A stretch of DNA of 64,000 nt from Octopus sinensis (GCF_006345805.1 NC_043006.1:62186001-62250000); one strand, 5' to 3'; shown: positions 12,103 to 25,999, counted from the first letter of the stretch. The notes: a model not told the origin generated them from the sequence alone. A program made the numbers and translations.

Positions 12103-13312
12103 TCAGGTCATCCCATATGTTCTGTCTGGATTTTGAATAAAGAAAACAAATGACCAAATGTTACATTCAATTGAAATTTAATCATCAATGTACTTTCCCT
12201 GATTATCTATGATTTTCTTACATCTATTTACAAGCGGTTTAATTCCATCAATGTTAAACTCTTTCGGTTTCAAAGCGAAGAACACTGAATAGTCAGTTCC
12301 GACCTCAACCTGGCTTGCAAAAGTTATGTTCCCCAAATGATTCTGTAAACTACAACACAAATGTTTGTCTAAAGAAGCATGGTCGGGAGAATGAGGTAGA
12401 TGAGAAATTTTTGCAGTGTGGGATCGCGCATAGTCCTGATGAAACACGGCTCCTTTTCGATTCACTAAAGCGGGACTTTTTTCTTCAAAGCTTGGTTCAA
12501 TCACCCTAAATGCTGACAGTACACTTGAGCATTGATTGTTGCATTAGGTGGTAACAATTCAAAGGGAATTACTCATTTGCAATCCCACCAGATAGAGATA
12601 AGAACCTTTTTCCCATGAAGTTTCTTTCTCGTTTGTGGATGCGATTTTTCCCTTTTAGCAAGACGTTTAACATTTCGAGACAAGATCCATTTTCCGTCAC
12701 CAGTCACAAGTCTATCTAAAAAGGGAGAAATGTGTTCACGAGAATGGAGAGAAGAGCAGATGTCAACTCAGGATTTGCGGTTGCTTTCGGACAATTCCTG
12801 AGGCACCCATTTTCCGAGTTTATGAACCTTTCCAAGTTGTTGAAGAGGACGATGAATAGTTGTATGAAATGAATGAAGCTTTATTGCCAATTCTTCAACT
12901 GATAATGCAGGAGTTTCTTGAAGTAATGTCTCAAAGATCTTATTATCAAACTCAACTGGACGTCCTGTTCGATCTTCATCTTCAAGGTTGAAATCTACAC
13001 TTCTGAATTTTGCAGACCATCTTCTTCAAGTTCTTTCGTTTCGAGTGTATGTTTCGAGTCGCTTCGGCTACAGAGTTTCCTTTCTTGTACCCATAAAGTA
13101 TTATGTGCCTCAAATGCTCTTTGCATACTTCCATATTAGAAAGGGTTTTAATCAAAGAAATTTCAATTCTATTATTCTGTAAAATAATATTTAATTAGTT
13201 TAAATGTACACAAATGCATAAAAATAAATTCCATTAGACATTCTAAGATACAATTAAAGTTCATTCGAATTTAAGAAAGGCAAGAGCAGACAGAATTTAT
13301 AGGATGACCTGA
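12103..13312 (-). mobile_element. Near full-length mariner element with decayed transposase
   Basis: TIRs TCAGGTCATCCCATATGTTCTGTCTG / CAGACAGAATTTATAGGATGACCTGA, TA on both sides, ~1.2 kb; ORF remnants FHQDYARSH, HLPHSPDHASLDKH and VTGDGKWI. Confidence 0.92.
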
Positions 13313-14071
13313 TACTTTCATTTGAAAAATTACTTAGCTTGTACACATAGAAAGTTCGAAGCACAGCACACATACCACTAACCTTTTATTTATTTTTATC
13401 GCTATTCTATTGTACTATTTAACGAGTCAAATACAATACATCCGACGTTTCCAGTGTACTTCACTAATTTTTACTCTTTGTGAAATGTGATTTTAAAGGC
13501 AATATTAATCATAATTCTAATTTAAATGTTCAACGGGTGACATTGTGCCACGATTCCAATTTTCCACTGCCTATTCCTGTGACTGTTACTGGTCATAAAG
13601 CGTTAACTATCATATGTGAACTGTCGCTTGTCCAAAACTGATTTATTGTTTCTTTCATAGTTGCTACAATCAGCAATAAATGTCTGATACTTTCATTTGT
13701 GTATTTCAGAATTATATTCTCGTATTTTATAACTCTTTTCTCGGGCCAAGTGTTGCGTGCATAAGTATACGTGCGCGTTTGTATTGAAAGGTATGATCTC
13801 ATATAAGCAAGATATAAAATTATGATGAAAATTTAAAATGCTAAATCTCGTATAATCATCGGTTAGTCAGGTTGAACTTCTGTTATAAGAAACTACAACA
13901 AATTGATTTACAGTCTCGCTCTAAACTCTGACAATTATATTGGATGTCACTTTTATGTATGTATCTTAATAAACAAAAATGCCGTTGGTTACCATTGTAA
14001 AGGAGAGAATAATATTATCTGGACAAAATTTAAAGCTGCTGTGAAAAGCTTGTAATATATATTATCAATAA

Positions 14072-14285
14072 AGCGGTGTGCTGTCAGAATCGTTTGCAGG
14101 CCGGTTAAAATGCTGAACGGCATTTTTTGCTTACGGTTCTGAGTTCAAATTACGCCGAGGTCGACTTTATCTTTCATCCTTTAAGATCAATAAAATAATT
14201 ACCAGTTGAGCGCTGGGGTCGATGTATTCGACTAAACCCCTCCTCTGAAATTGCTAGCTTTGTGCCAAACTCTAAAAGCAATATT
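14072..14285 (+). mobile_element. Meta-like SINE
   Basis: TTCTGAGTTCAAATTACGCCGAGGTCGACTTTATCTTTCATCCTT...GGGGTCGATGTATTCGACT. Confidence 0.75.
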
Positions 14286-15344
14286 TATTATTGACAATAT
14301 ACAGTGATAAATCACGATACATCAGAGACAATGGACAGAAAAGATAACAGAATTTCATAAATACCAAACGTAATGAAAATTGTTCAAACTGAAGTTCTTG
14401 AGCGACACATTTTCCCAAATGAATAAATAAACTTGAATATTAAGTTTTCGTGCATTGACACGTTTCAATTTCAGGAGTTTTTTTTTGTTGTTGATGGTGG
14501 GTTACAAACTATTCAATAATGAATATCAAATATTAATAAGCAGTGATATGTTTCTTACTACTTTGGAATTGAATCGGATATATTTTCAAGAGGTGCACTG
14601 AATATGATTGTACCTGACATGCAATTTTAAATTATTAACTTATTATTCGTTGATATATTTTATGCAAAAAATATTCAAGACACTTTCTGCTATATGGTAT
14701 GTCAATGAATAGTGAATGATACACAGAATGAAAATATATTTTCATATTAATATTCAGGTCCACAAATAATAAGCAGCGATTTACGAGACAATGAAGTTTG
14801 ATCAAATCTATATCAAATAACTTTGGCGTATATACAAGTAATGCGTTTTGAGGGTGATATGATTCTTTTCATCTTCATGTGTAATATATTATGATCATCG
14901 AAATTTCAAACATTATAATATTATATAGAATACTGAAATTTATAATAAGACAATATGTATAGTATCAAAATTACAAATTCTACAATTTAGAATACTGTAA
15001 CACCTGCATAAACGACATCTCTTCATTTACGCATAGATATGGTTGAGCAAAAGTTTTGGTCACGTATACTAAACCATAATTCTTTGCAGATAATTAACAT
15101 TGGAAGGAAATTCTTATGGATTTAATTTCGGGGAAACTGTAAGGCAGATTTCACCTCCAGAAACTCACCCCCATCACATTTGATAACCACTCGGCAGTAT
15201 TCATAGCACAGTACTATATTTTTGTCCGTTAAACGAGGAAGAACCTACTATATAGATTTCATATATATATATTCACTTTCGAGTGACTGACTATGTCATA
15301 CAAAAATTCTTTAGCTTTAACTGCATTGGTAACATAAATATTTC

Positions 15345-15400
<56 letters not shown>

Positions 15401-15401
15401 A

Positions 15402-15621
15402 CAGGATTGACCAAAAGTCACTTCACAGTAGATCAAAAGTATTTAATTCCAAAATTTATTTATGTTTAACAACTGAAAGAATTTCATAAATACCAAACGT
15501 AATGAAAATTGTTCAAACTGAAGTTCGTGAGCGACACATTTTCCCAAATGAATAAATAATCTTGAATATTAAGTATTTATGGAATTTTCATTTTCTGTCT
15601 GGTGACTATTGGTCAATCCTG
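15402..15621. mobile_element. Tc1/mariner-type MITE
   Basis: TIRs CAGGATTGACCAAAAGTCAC / GTGACTATTGGTCAATCCTG flanked by TA within (TA)n. Confidence 0.85.
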
Positions 15622-15698
<77 letters not shown>

Positions 15699-15954
15699 AG
15701 TACCGGTGTTGGTCGTGTTAAAGAAGATAATGAAATGTTAAATGCCGTCTAGATTACGCAGGTCTCAACTACTAGTTGCTGAGCTGCCAAATTACTGCAT
15801 TAATAATTCTCCTACTCATGCCAGCACGGAATATAGATGTTAAGTGGAATGTTAGAAGAAATTTTTCAGCTCATATATATATATATATACATAAAGTAAA
15901 CACACGTAATTCATAAACACGTTTTGTGTAGCTTATTTCGTAACCAAAAAACAG

Positions 15955-16332
15955 GTAAATATTATAAACAATGAAATGCCGATTTTTCGGAATCATTTGA
16001 CAGAGGTAGTAGAGAGCCAATCCGCTGATAAGTTTGACATTGGATCTTGAAAGTTTGCATGAATCCTAGCTAAAAAAATCTCTTGTGGCTCCAAATATTG
16101 GCATCTGTCGTGCATCTTTGTATTATCTAATTTTGTTTTGGAATATTGGTTAGTTGATGACAACACTTCTTCAGAGGCTCTGCTGGTTAGGGGATTTCAG
16201 AGATTTTAACCATCCCATCAATGCAGCACATTGCAGGTGTCTCTCCAGGCCAATTCCTTGCTTTGCAATCAATGCACTCAGTTGTCATTGCACCAATGGA
16301 AACTCTAGTGTCAGCTGCGTAATGAACTGCTA
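15955..16332 (-). mobile_element. Helitron RepHel N-terminal fragment (pseudogenised)
   Basis: Minus strand translates IGAMTTECIDCKARNWPGETPAMCCIDGMVKI...PAEPL and GFMQTFKIQCQTYQRIGSLLP, hallmark pre-Rep Helitron motifs. Confidence 0.85.
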
Positions 16333-16719
16333 ATAAAATTTTAGAAAGAATAAATAAGCTATTAAGAAAACAAGGTTATAGACATGGTAAGATAGTTAAA
16401 AAATTTTATCGCTGTCTAGGGAGAAAAATTGAAATTTTAAATAAATATGGGGTAATATCAAATCTTCAGCTTCAGAAATATTTTAAGAATTTCAATGTTT
16501 ACGATTGGAGTTATTTGCTCACTACGTGAAGAGTATTGAGACAATTGAGAAAGTGGTAATTACGCACTACGTCATCAATATTTACTTGCCCTTTAAATTC
16601 TTTGTGAGGGAGCCACATGTCTGATTAAACATGAAAGTGTTAATACTTGTAGTTTTATTGTCTTTTAAAGAGTTTTATAATCTTTTAAACAGTTTAATTA
16701 GCTTAAACATATAAAGTTT

Positions 16720-16850
16720 TGGGGAGAGTCACTGTTTTAGTGTCTTATTATTTAAAACACTCACCGGTAAAATTTCCACTTATTTCTTATTTTTATTTTC
16801 TAAAATATTCGTTGAGTCTTGCAACCTTTGCAATAGTCTTCACTCTCTAG
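16720..16850 (-). mobile_element. Penelope-like terminal-repeat remnant with degenerate U3-A8 hammerhead (16800-16836)
   Basis: Homologous to 41675-41800 (ACACTCACCGGTAAAATTTCCA...); minus strand CTA-TTGCAAA-G-GTTG...CAAC-GAAT-AT-TT-TAG. Confidence 0.55.
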
Positions 16851-17601
16851 AAAGGTTTATAATATTAGTTTATTACAACTAGTTTTATTTGTTCCTATTT
16901 AATGAAATTCCAGTGCATATTAGTCACTGGTACTTTAATATTATAACTTGTAGTGGTAGTATACTAATGGGTTCGCAGCCTTTTATTATTAATGATGAAA
17001 TAATGTATTTCACTCATAAAAATATTAGTTAAATTAATGTCAATCGTGTTGCGTTTTGGAATAGAATTATAAGGTTTGAACTTTCATTATTATAATATCA
17101 ATAGAACACCTTGGGATTATTACATATATGTACTTAAAGATGGATCGCAATTTAGCATCTAATTTAGTTATGCTGTTTATTATTAAAACCAACACATTGT
17201 ACGTTGGTTTAAATGTCTCTTGTTGTAGTTTTAGTAAAGTTAGTGTTTAATCCGGTCTATATGTTGATTGAAATAATGTAATTCTTAAGCTACGGAAGAT
17301 GGCAGGGATTATAATTTTGTGAGACTTAATAGAGTTGTTGCTGTTTAGTTACGTATTTAGGGGTGATTGTAGCATACGTGTGGAAGTTATTTATCGATAC
17401 GGTTGTACATTAGGTAAATGTGTTTGAAAGTTGTAGTTTCTTTGTTCCCAAACAACACTTATCTTAGTGATGTTGACACCGCCGGATTGAATGGTGCTGC
17501 TCGGCTGTTGAAACAATAATGATATATGTGGGACAGCTAATGATTGATGTATGTTGGATTGTTGGTATGGCTATGGAATAGTATTATGACACATACCTTT
17601 G

Positions 17602-17634
<33 letters not shown>

Positions 17635-17990
17635 TAAAATCATATTAGGCAGCTGTTTATTAGTGTATCGCCAAACAGGTAAATTATAATTGTTATTAAA
17701 TACGACAGAGGGTTAGTAAAACACTTACAATGCTAGATATAAGAGCTTAAATTGTCTTATGCGGCAGTCAACACACACAAACACACAAACACACACATAT
17801 ATATATATATATAGAATATATATATATGGGTGTGTGTGATTGTGTATAGAAGAATATATTAATAAAAAGAATTCCAACCTTGTCTGATTTTCACGTTTTA
17901 TTTACAATCTTATAATGATATATTATAAGATAATATATTATAATTGAATAAAATAAATGAAATAGTAGAATGTTAAATATTCATTCTGAT

Positions 17991-18035
17991 TGAACTAGTA
18001 CTTTCATGCATTGAATTCTGCAATCTTCGGGTTCA
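17991..18035 (-). ncRNA. Type I hammerhead-like motif downstream of Penelope ORF
   Basis: Minus strand TGAAC-CCGAAGA-T-TGCA-GAATTCAA-TGCA-T-GAAA-GTAC-TA-GTTCA; palindromic stem III AGTACT. Confidence 0.7.
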
Positions 18036-18534
18036 TGTAGTAGTGTTGACAGTCATGCTTCACAATTTTTGACTGTAGCAAGATGATTGATTCTGTGCTA
18101 TAAATACAGCTGGGTAGGCTCCAGAGTGCTAGGTTTTGCAAACTGTATTCTGACCATCAGTGTGTAGTATCACTCAATTACTTAAGCTGATTGGTTGGTG
18201 AGCTGATGGTTTAGGCATCACGCTTTGTTGGACATGTCAAGAGTCCTGTATCTTGACCTGGCCGAAGCAGCAGCAATGTTGGGTTATTTTTAGAAATGTT
18301 GTAAATATCCTTTGTCAGAGATTTTTATATTTTTATATTTCAATGTCATCATCATCATTGTCAGCACCTTAATTATTGTTGCTAGTGGTGATGGTGGTGG
18401 CAATAGAACTTTTAACCCTAAATAAGATAATTTTCCTGCTATCTTCGTCTTGATCACCTTTAGTATTGTTGTGTTGTTAGTGGTCATGGTCGCAGCAGTG
18501 GAAGTAATACCTCTAAGTATTATTATTATTATTG

Positions 18535-19720
18535 CTTATTTAGCTTGGGTTCGAATTTATCAATAAAATTCTTTTCTCTGATTTTCCTCTCGATTTCACT
18601 TGGGCTGTGTAATTTGTAGAATGGAAATATTATATATATTTCCGACCACATGTTGCTAGGTGGTTACTCAAAGGTATCTGACGGACCTCTGGGTCTCTAA
18701 TCTGTTGCCGGTGTACACGTGAGCGTTCTAATAGTGCGTTTCCCGTCTGACCTACATATATTTCTTCACAATTTGGGCATTTGATGCAGTAAATTAAATT
18801 TCTGCTTTTGCAGTTCATATTCGCGTTTGTGAATATTTTCCCGGTTTTTGTGTTTATATATTGACCGGTATGTATGAATTGGCATGTGCCACATCGGCTA
18901 TCATTGCATCTAGATACCGTGAATGTTTGGTCTTTGTTGCTGAGGTCAAATTTTGCCTTTGTTAGTAATGTTTTCAAGTTTTTAGGCTGTCTTTTACTAA
19001 GCACCATAGCTCGATCCGTGATTATGTCTTTTAATTCATTACTTTGGGCATGATTGGTAGGTTTGCTTTGGCAATGTTGAAGATATTCTGGTGACATGGG
19101 TTGTGTGTCACTATGAATGGTATGACTTGTTCTTGTTTGCCTCTTCCTTGGGTTGTCCTAAGTTGTTGTATAGGTATTTTATAGCCCGCTGTATGCCATT
19201 TTCTATAAGTAGAGATGGGTTTTTGTTTGAGCAAAAATTCTCTTAGTTCTATTAGGCGTTTGTTCCTGATATTGCATCTTCTACAATAGTACAAATCTTC
19301 TGGCTAGGCAGTATGGGATGTTACGTTTTGTATGTGGTGGATGGCACGACTTAAAATTTAGGTATTGATGTGTGTCTGTGTGTTTATAGTATATATCTGT
19401 GGTGATGGTGGTGTCTTTTTTAATTACCATTATATCCAGGAATGGTAATTTGGTACTACTCATCTCCTTGTAAATTGGAGAGAGGGTGTAGGTTGTTCAG
19501 GAGGATATTGAACTCTTCCAGAGTATTTAGAGATTCTGTCCAGATTATGAAACAGTCGTCTAGGTATCTCTTCCATGCCTTTTCAATATACTTTCTAAAC
19601 CCAGTGCCATAGTTTACCTCCACCTCTTGGTAGAGTTGTTCTTCTAAGTATCCCATTACAGAGTTGGCGTAAACGGGAGCAAACCTCGTTCCCATCGCCG
19701 TGCCTCTAATTTGGTGTAAT
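18535..19720 (-). mobile_element. Penelope-like element, 5'-truncated, frameshifted RT plus GIY-YIG endonuclease
   Basis: QIRGTAMGTRFAPVYAN, WKRYLDDCF, LPFLDI, YYKHTDTHQYL..SCHP.HTKRNIP, C..C, NLIYCIKCPNCEEIYVGQT. Confidence 0.93.
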
Positions 19721-19849
19721 ATATATATTATATATATATATATATATATGTATGGTGTGTGTGTGTGTGTGTATGCGTGTGTGTATGCATGTATGTATGT
19801 GTGTAACAAATCAGACAAGAGGAAATGGAATTCACGAGATTCTTTATTA

Positions 19850-19963
19850 ATCACAACAGTCGTTTCAACTCATCTTGCATCGGTCCTGTGGGTGTGAGAT
19901 ACTGCAAAACTGGTTGTGGTGCATCCTTCCGTCCAGGTGTTTCTCGATAGGTCGTCAGGTGAC
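19850..19963 (-). ncRNA. Hammerhead-like motif with long degenerate stem II
   Basis: Minus strand GTCAC-CTGACGA-(~85 nt)-GAAA-CGACTG-TT-GTGAT; stem I pairs but the base of stem II is imperfect. Confidence 0.5.
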
Positions 19964-21029
19964 TTTCAGGAGGTATCTTGCACAATATATATATCCTTTT
20001 AATTCTTTTACTCGTTTCAGCAATGCAGCTGCGCTCATGGTGGAGCACCACCGCGGACCCACGACCCCGAGTTTAAGTGTCTCCTGCTCTACCGATATAG
20101 CAGTTTCAGTTAGGCGTTAACCATGATGTTTACCGTATCAAGCTCATCCAATATTCCCGGCTACAAAACAGATAGTAATCCGAAGACTGCTTTGGTATTA
20201 GAATATATGCCTGAAATTTTGCAAAAACCTGTATTGTTTCTATAATCTATACATATAAATTTGACATGGGCGATTCTTTCTTGTCTTGGGATTCACGGTC
20301 AAACGGCTACGTGGGATTGGGCGAAAAATTACACAGATGTGTAGAATGATCCGATGGGGATCCTGGGCTTTGTAGTTTTTCATAACTCCCATGGTTACCG
20401 AGATCATCAACTATAATAATACTCTTGTGTTTATGAATAAAAAAGGAAGGGGTGATGACATACTTGGTAGTGGGATGATAAAAATTGTACGCTGAAAAAT
20501 AAATCAAATAGCGTTTCAACTCTGTGTGAATATATGTGGGTGTATGTAAAAGTGGGGTGTGTTAATGTATGTGTGTGTGCGTGTGTGTCTGCGAGCGTTT
20601 GTGTGTGTGTGCACGCACAATGCAATAGGGATGGTTCATCTTTGTTCGCTTGTTTGATTTGGTTTGAAACAGTCACTTGTAAACAGTCCAAATGTGGACA
20701 AACTACAATCCAAATCATTAGACGTTTACAAATATATATTAAATGTAAGGCTAGATGTTACACAATATTTATTTAAAATTTCCAGTCTCTCACCTAAACA
20801 GCGATTAAACGTTTTAACCTACTTACCATATCTATACCCTTGTTCTACTAAATGTCTTAAGAGTTTATTTATTATTTCCCAAAATGTATCAGTGTTATCT
20901 ATACCAGTGGCATACGTAACAATGTGGCCTGGAAAAGCACCATAACCTAAAAAAGAAAGAATTTTACTACTGAACCATGGCATTGATGCTACTTGCATAT
21001 ATATGTATATATGCGTATATGTATATAGG

Positions 21030-21097
<68 letters not shown>

Positions 21098-21099
<2 letters not shown>

Positions 21100-21260
21100 C
21101 GTAAGAGTGGCTGTGTGGTAAGTAGCTTGCTTACCAGCCACATGGTTCCGGCTTCAGTCCCACTGCGTGGAACCTTGGGCAAGTGTTTTCTACTATAGCC
21201 TCGGGCTGGCCAAAGCCTTGTGAGTGGATTTGGTAGACGGAAACTAAAAGAAGCCCATAG

Positions 21261-21334
<74 letters not shown>

Positions 21335-21555
21335 AGGTGTGTGTATCTGTGCCTGTGTTTGTCCTCCCAATTTCGCTTGACAAACGATGCTGGTCTGTTT
21401 ACGTTCCCGTAACATAGCGGTTCGGCAAAAAGAGACCGATAGAAGAAGTACTAGGTTTACAAAGAATGAATCCTCGGGTCGACTTGCTCGACTTAAAGCG
21501 GTGCTCCAGCATGGCCACAGTCAAATGACTTAAACAAGTAAACGATTAAAATAAT
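21098..21555 (+). mobile_element. tRNA-derived CORE-like SINE, full length
   Basis: A-box TGGCTGTGTGG, B-box-like GCTTCAGTCCC, CCTTGGGCAAGT core, internal (TA)/(TG) tract, tail GGTGCTCCAGCATGGCCACAGTC. Confidence 0.88.
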
Positions 21556-22969
21556 ATATGTATTTATAGATATATCTACAAATATCAAACAAATGACGAC
21601 TGGGTGTGTAGTACGTATGAATTTCTACAGTTTTCAATCGATTCTCTCCCTGTTCTCTCTCTGTATATCTGTTCATTTTCTCACTTACACCCTCTGCAAT
21701 GCTTCCTCTCTCTAAGTTTACGTCTGTTTCTTTCACTCTCTCTCTCTCTCTCTGCCGTTTGTAAATATCTTTGTCTTCACAGTATTTGTACGTTCTCCTT
21801 ACAACATTACTTATTTTAATTCTTTTTTGGCACTCACTATTTCGCCAAATCTGAATAACTTGTTCTCTATTTAATTTCAAACAGAATCTAAAATATCTTT
21901 GCTAATAATGCATATTTTAGTTTTAGCTGGGTTCATTAGTCTACATGTAGGGTTTCTATTGAAATTAGCTTTGTGGTCCATAAGGCTAATAAAGGTCTGG
22001 TGTGGGGTGGTATTCTATCCTATACTTAACTTTACAACAGTTAGCGATCCTTGTTTCAGAGCTTGTCGTTAATTCAGTTCTTAAACAAATTGAAAACTGA
22101 ACATTTTTGAAGAGGGCTGCTCCCTAGCTACATCGTGATATAAAAAATTGAAAATATATAGCAACTTTATAGGAGAGTAACACTGCCAAGCAATTTTAGA
22201 TATAAATAACCTTTTTGATTTTAAAAGCAAAATATATTATCGTAGCTTCAATGATAGAAGAACACGTGAACATTTTTCTAGTTTTGGTTCCATGCAACAA
22301 AAATTTGTATCAAAAAATTGTGAGGTAAAATATCATGAAAAAATATAATTCGAAAAATTGGATTTAAGTATGATTACAATTTAAGTATGATTAACTTTTA
22401 AAAACAAACTATAATTTAATTCGTCGAATTTTATTGTATCAGTCTCATGCAATGACATTTTAAAAGAAAAACGTTATGAGTGGTTGTTTCTCAAATTTGA
22501 AGGTGATAATATAGTTCTATGCTTTTTTTTAAAAATAAAGTTCTATAAAGGCACTTTTAATGCATGTTACCGGCATCATTTTGGTAAAGAAAATTATCAT
22601 CCACACCGCTAATTGACTCATTTGACACTTTATTAATTAGCGTGGAAAAAAACCATGGATTACATAGGAAAATGCAAACAAGAGAAATAATATTCTTAAG
22701 ATTATAAACCTGGAAAATTGAAGAACAAGTTACTACACAGGAAAACTTATTACGTCTGGTAAAGTACAGAACAAGAAAGTTTTTACTCACAAAAATTGCA
22801 GCTAAGGATAAAATTTGAATATTAAAAATTGCTTGATTTTAGTTTACAAAGGAAAGGTACCATCATTTTGTTAAAATATCGACACATGGGAGAGAAAATT
22901 ACCAGTATAGCTAAAGTTTTCTGCAAAGTAGAAAAGTATATATACTGTGAATTTTTTGTTATAGGTAGA

Positions 22970-23250
22970 TTTTACTGTAATATATAACTAATTTTTGTAT
23001 TATCGCATTTATTGTGCTAACTAATTATGTACTACTATTATTTTTATAGCCTATTTTCAAATTTCCGATTATTACCAAATAGGCATTGACTCAACACTAA
23101 AAATGTGAAGACTTGGCAATAAATAACTTAGGCAATAACTCAAGTAAATTTTACAATGTATACATAATTTTTGTATTATTCTATTTATTGTACTAATTAT
23201 CTAGTACTATTATTTTTATAACCTTTTTTTTCAAATTTCTGATTTATTAA
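22970..23250. repeat. Diverged direct duplication of a ~105 bp AT-rich unit (spacing ~180 bp)
   Basis: TAATTTTTGTATTAT...TACTATTATTTTTATA...TTTCAAATTTC.GATTTATTA occurs twice. Confidence 0.65.
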
Positions 23251-23634
23251 TTAATAATTAAAATACTATATTATTTTAAAGTGCCTCATTTTTTTTTATT
23301 TGACTTATTTTTACTTCTAATACACGAAAAAAAATTAGTAACAAATACTAGTAATAAATTTTAATTAAATTTTTAGTTTTATTAACAGCTAAAATTTTTT
23401 ATATCTATATTTTATTTGAAAACTTATCTTTAGCACCGATGTTTTAAGTAAAATGATTCTTGTTCTGTCCTGTACCAGCTGTAATAAATTGTTCTGAATT
23501 TTTCCAAGTGTAATATATTCTCCTGTAATTTTCCAGGCTTATAATCTTAAGAATGTTATTTCTCTTGCTTCCAGTTTTCTACACACTGACACATATCGAA
23601 AATCTGTGGGACCTACACTAAGTGGATGTAGGTG

Positions 23635-24372
23635 TTTTCAAAACAATTTCGAATCTGCCCTTGGAACCCAGGCAGTTGCAGTAACTGGTCCTGAAACATA
23701 CGGCATTTCTGGGTTCATTGTCTTTGCAGGGGTGACCCGTTTTGGCATTTGTGTAGCTTCCAATGCCAACATTTGGCACAATCCTCTCCAGGATCTTTCA
23801 GATGTATATTACTGCATATCTTTCTCGCTTTCGCTTCAGGGAGTAGAGTCTTAGCTAGTCGAACCTCTCCCAGTAGCTTCGCCGTTGCAATGAGACGATC
23901 TTCTTTGTGTAGGTTCGTTGGATTGCTTCAATGTCGGCTGTCAGTTTTACATTGTGTGGTGGCCAGATTTGGGAGCAATAGTCCAGGTGGCTGAGGACGA
24001 ATGTCCTTCAGAGAACAATCATGGCTTTTTTTCTCTGGTTGTGAAGATTCTCAGGATAATCCAGCCAGCCGTCTGCATTTTGTCACCATCTTGGTAATAT
24101 GCACTTGGACATGGGTATCATCGCTCATGTCCATATTCCGGTCACGAACTAATTTATGTTATGGGATTGTAATCCTCCTTCGGGCCAGTGTACCCTGTAT
24201 GTTTTTTACTCCAGTTTGGAGGCCGGTAGCGAGAGTTGGAATTAAAATGCATATTATTATCCTCAACCCATTTGTATATTGCATCCAACTTCTGCTGCAG
24301 GCGTGCAACATCGCTCGATTTTGTATCTTCTGCGAGATTTTCGTGTCGTCGGCATAGTTAGCAAGAGTGCTT
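23635..24372 (-). mobile_element. CR1/L2-group LINE ORF2 3' fragment
   Basis: NYADDTKI, LDYCSQIWPP, IEAIQRTYTKKI and RLYSLKRKRERY across frameshifts. Confidence 0.88.
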
Positions 24373-24396
24373 ATATATATTATATATATATATATA

Positions 24397-24774
24397 TTAG
24401 CAGCTAAGCCCTGTTTCACCTGGTCTGTTTGGATGATGTGGTTGTGATCGTTTTCGGTTTGGTATAATCTATAACAGCGTTTCTCAACCTTATCATTTCA
24501 GGTCCCCTGTTTCGATTGGAACCTCCAGCTATATGAAAATTCCCTGATTTTCCCCCACCCTTGCCAGAAAACAGCTTCAGGTGTTGTGAAGAACGAATGT
24601 GTACGTAGTCTGTTTCTGAGAGTTATTCTTTTGGACCTCTGTCTAATCATTAAAACATTGATTTAATTATGAACATAGAAAGAAAATATACATTAATCCC
24701 TGTTTTTGTAAAAATTTGTATCCGTAAAAATTTTATTTGCAGAGAGCAGAAATTGAAAGAAGATATTTGAAATG

Positions 24775-24810
<36 letters not shown>

Positions 24811-25219
24811 CGTGCGTGTTTGTGTGTGCGTGCATGCGTCTGTGCTTCCGCGTGTGTATGTGAAACAAAAAGAGTGTGATAAAGAGAGATAGGGTGAGTG
24901 AGTGAAGGTGTGTGTCATGATGATTGACTTCTTTGGCTGACTGTCATCCTGTACTCCCTTCGTTGCTAGGGAAATGGTATATGCCTGCTGTGTGAGCAAC
25001 TGGTTGTTTTAATGGCGGAACAAACAGGGGAATTCCATTAGAAACGTTTTAATCGATTTTCTCTGTAACTAGGGGGACTAAAGTACTAACCGCATTCCAA
25101 TGTATGCACCAGGCTCCGCGTGTGTGCCATTTTTCACGCGAATCCACCCAACCGTTTGGCTGTTAATCTGAAGACAAGAAATAATACAACGATCTTCCAT
25201 GTCCAATTTATATTATAGA
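24397..25219 (-). mobile_element. Probable non-autonomous Helitron
   Basis: On the minus strand starts A|TCTATAATATAAA and ends with an imperfect hairpin then GCTGCTAA|T. Confidence 0.5.
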
Positions 25220-25479
25220 TATATGTATGTAAATATATCTATCTATCTATATATGTATATATGTATATACACAGATACATACTCACTCACATATATATAC
25301 ATACATACCTTTGCCAATATGTTTAAATGCTCTATGTCTAAATTTGGCCTAATGAGTCTTTTCCAACATTTATTTTTACTTGCAATAGCCGGTTCTTTTG
25401 GACAAACTATTGTATCTCCAGCTGATTCAGATGCCACGACATCACAAATTGTCAAAGTGTAGTTCAACGATTTTACTAT

Positions 25480-25615
25480 ACTCTTTTACTTATTTCAGTC
25501 ATTTCCGGCCATGTTGGAGCAGCGCTTTTAGTCGAGCAAATCGACCCCAGACTTATTCTTTGCAAGCTTAGTACTTATGATATCGGTCTCTTTTGCCGAA
25601 CCGCTAATTTACAGG
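25480..25615 (-). mobile_element. 3' fragment of CORE-like SINE
   Basis: GGCCATGTTGGAGCAGCGC...GTCGAGCAAATCGACCCC matches the SINE tail. Confidence 0.7.
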
Positions 25616-25999
25616 AAGAATTTTTCAATTTTTTTTCTTCAGTTCCTCTCAAAACTTGTTTTTAACAGGACAACCGTTTATGTTATTGCAGTAAAGAATA
25701 ATGAGGAAGTGCCATAAATCGAAGAGTTCTAACCAGTCTCTGACAAACATCCACAACGAATGATTTTTCTTCGCGTGTCTTTACTCGAAATGTGACGGTG
25801 ATATATGTTTTGCCTGTGAAATGTACCTCATTCGTTACACCACGCGCTATTTTCGCTGTTTATCCATAAACTAATCCCATACAATTAGGCAAAGATTGGA
25901 TTCAAAAGCATAAATTCTTCGAGTTTCAAAACAAAGAAACTTTGAATATCATTTGTATCCTATTCACAATTAATACACTCTTTTATTTCCAAATAACGT

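Noticed and set aside
21098-21170. tRNA-like A and B boxes
   Set aside because: SINE head with no full cloverleaf; not a tRNA gene
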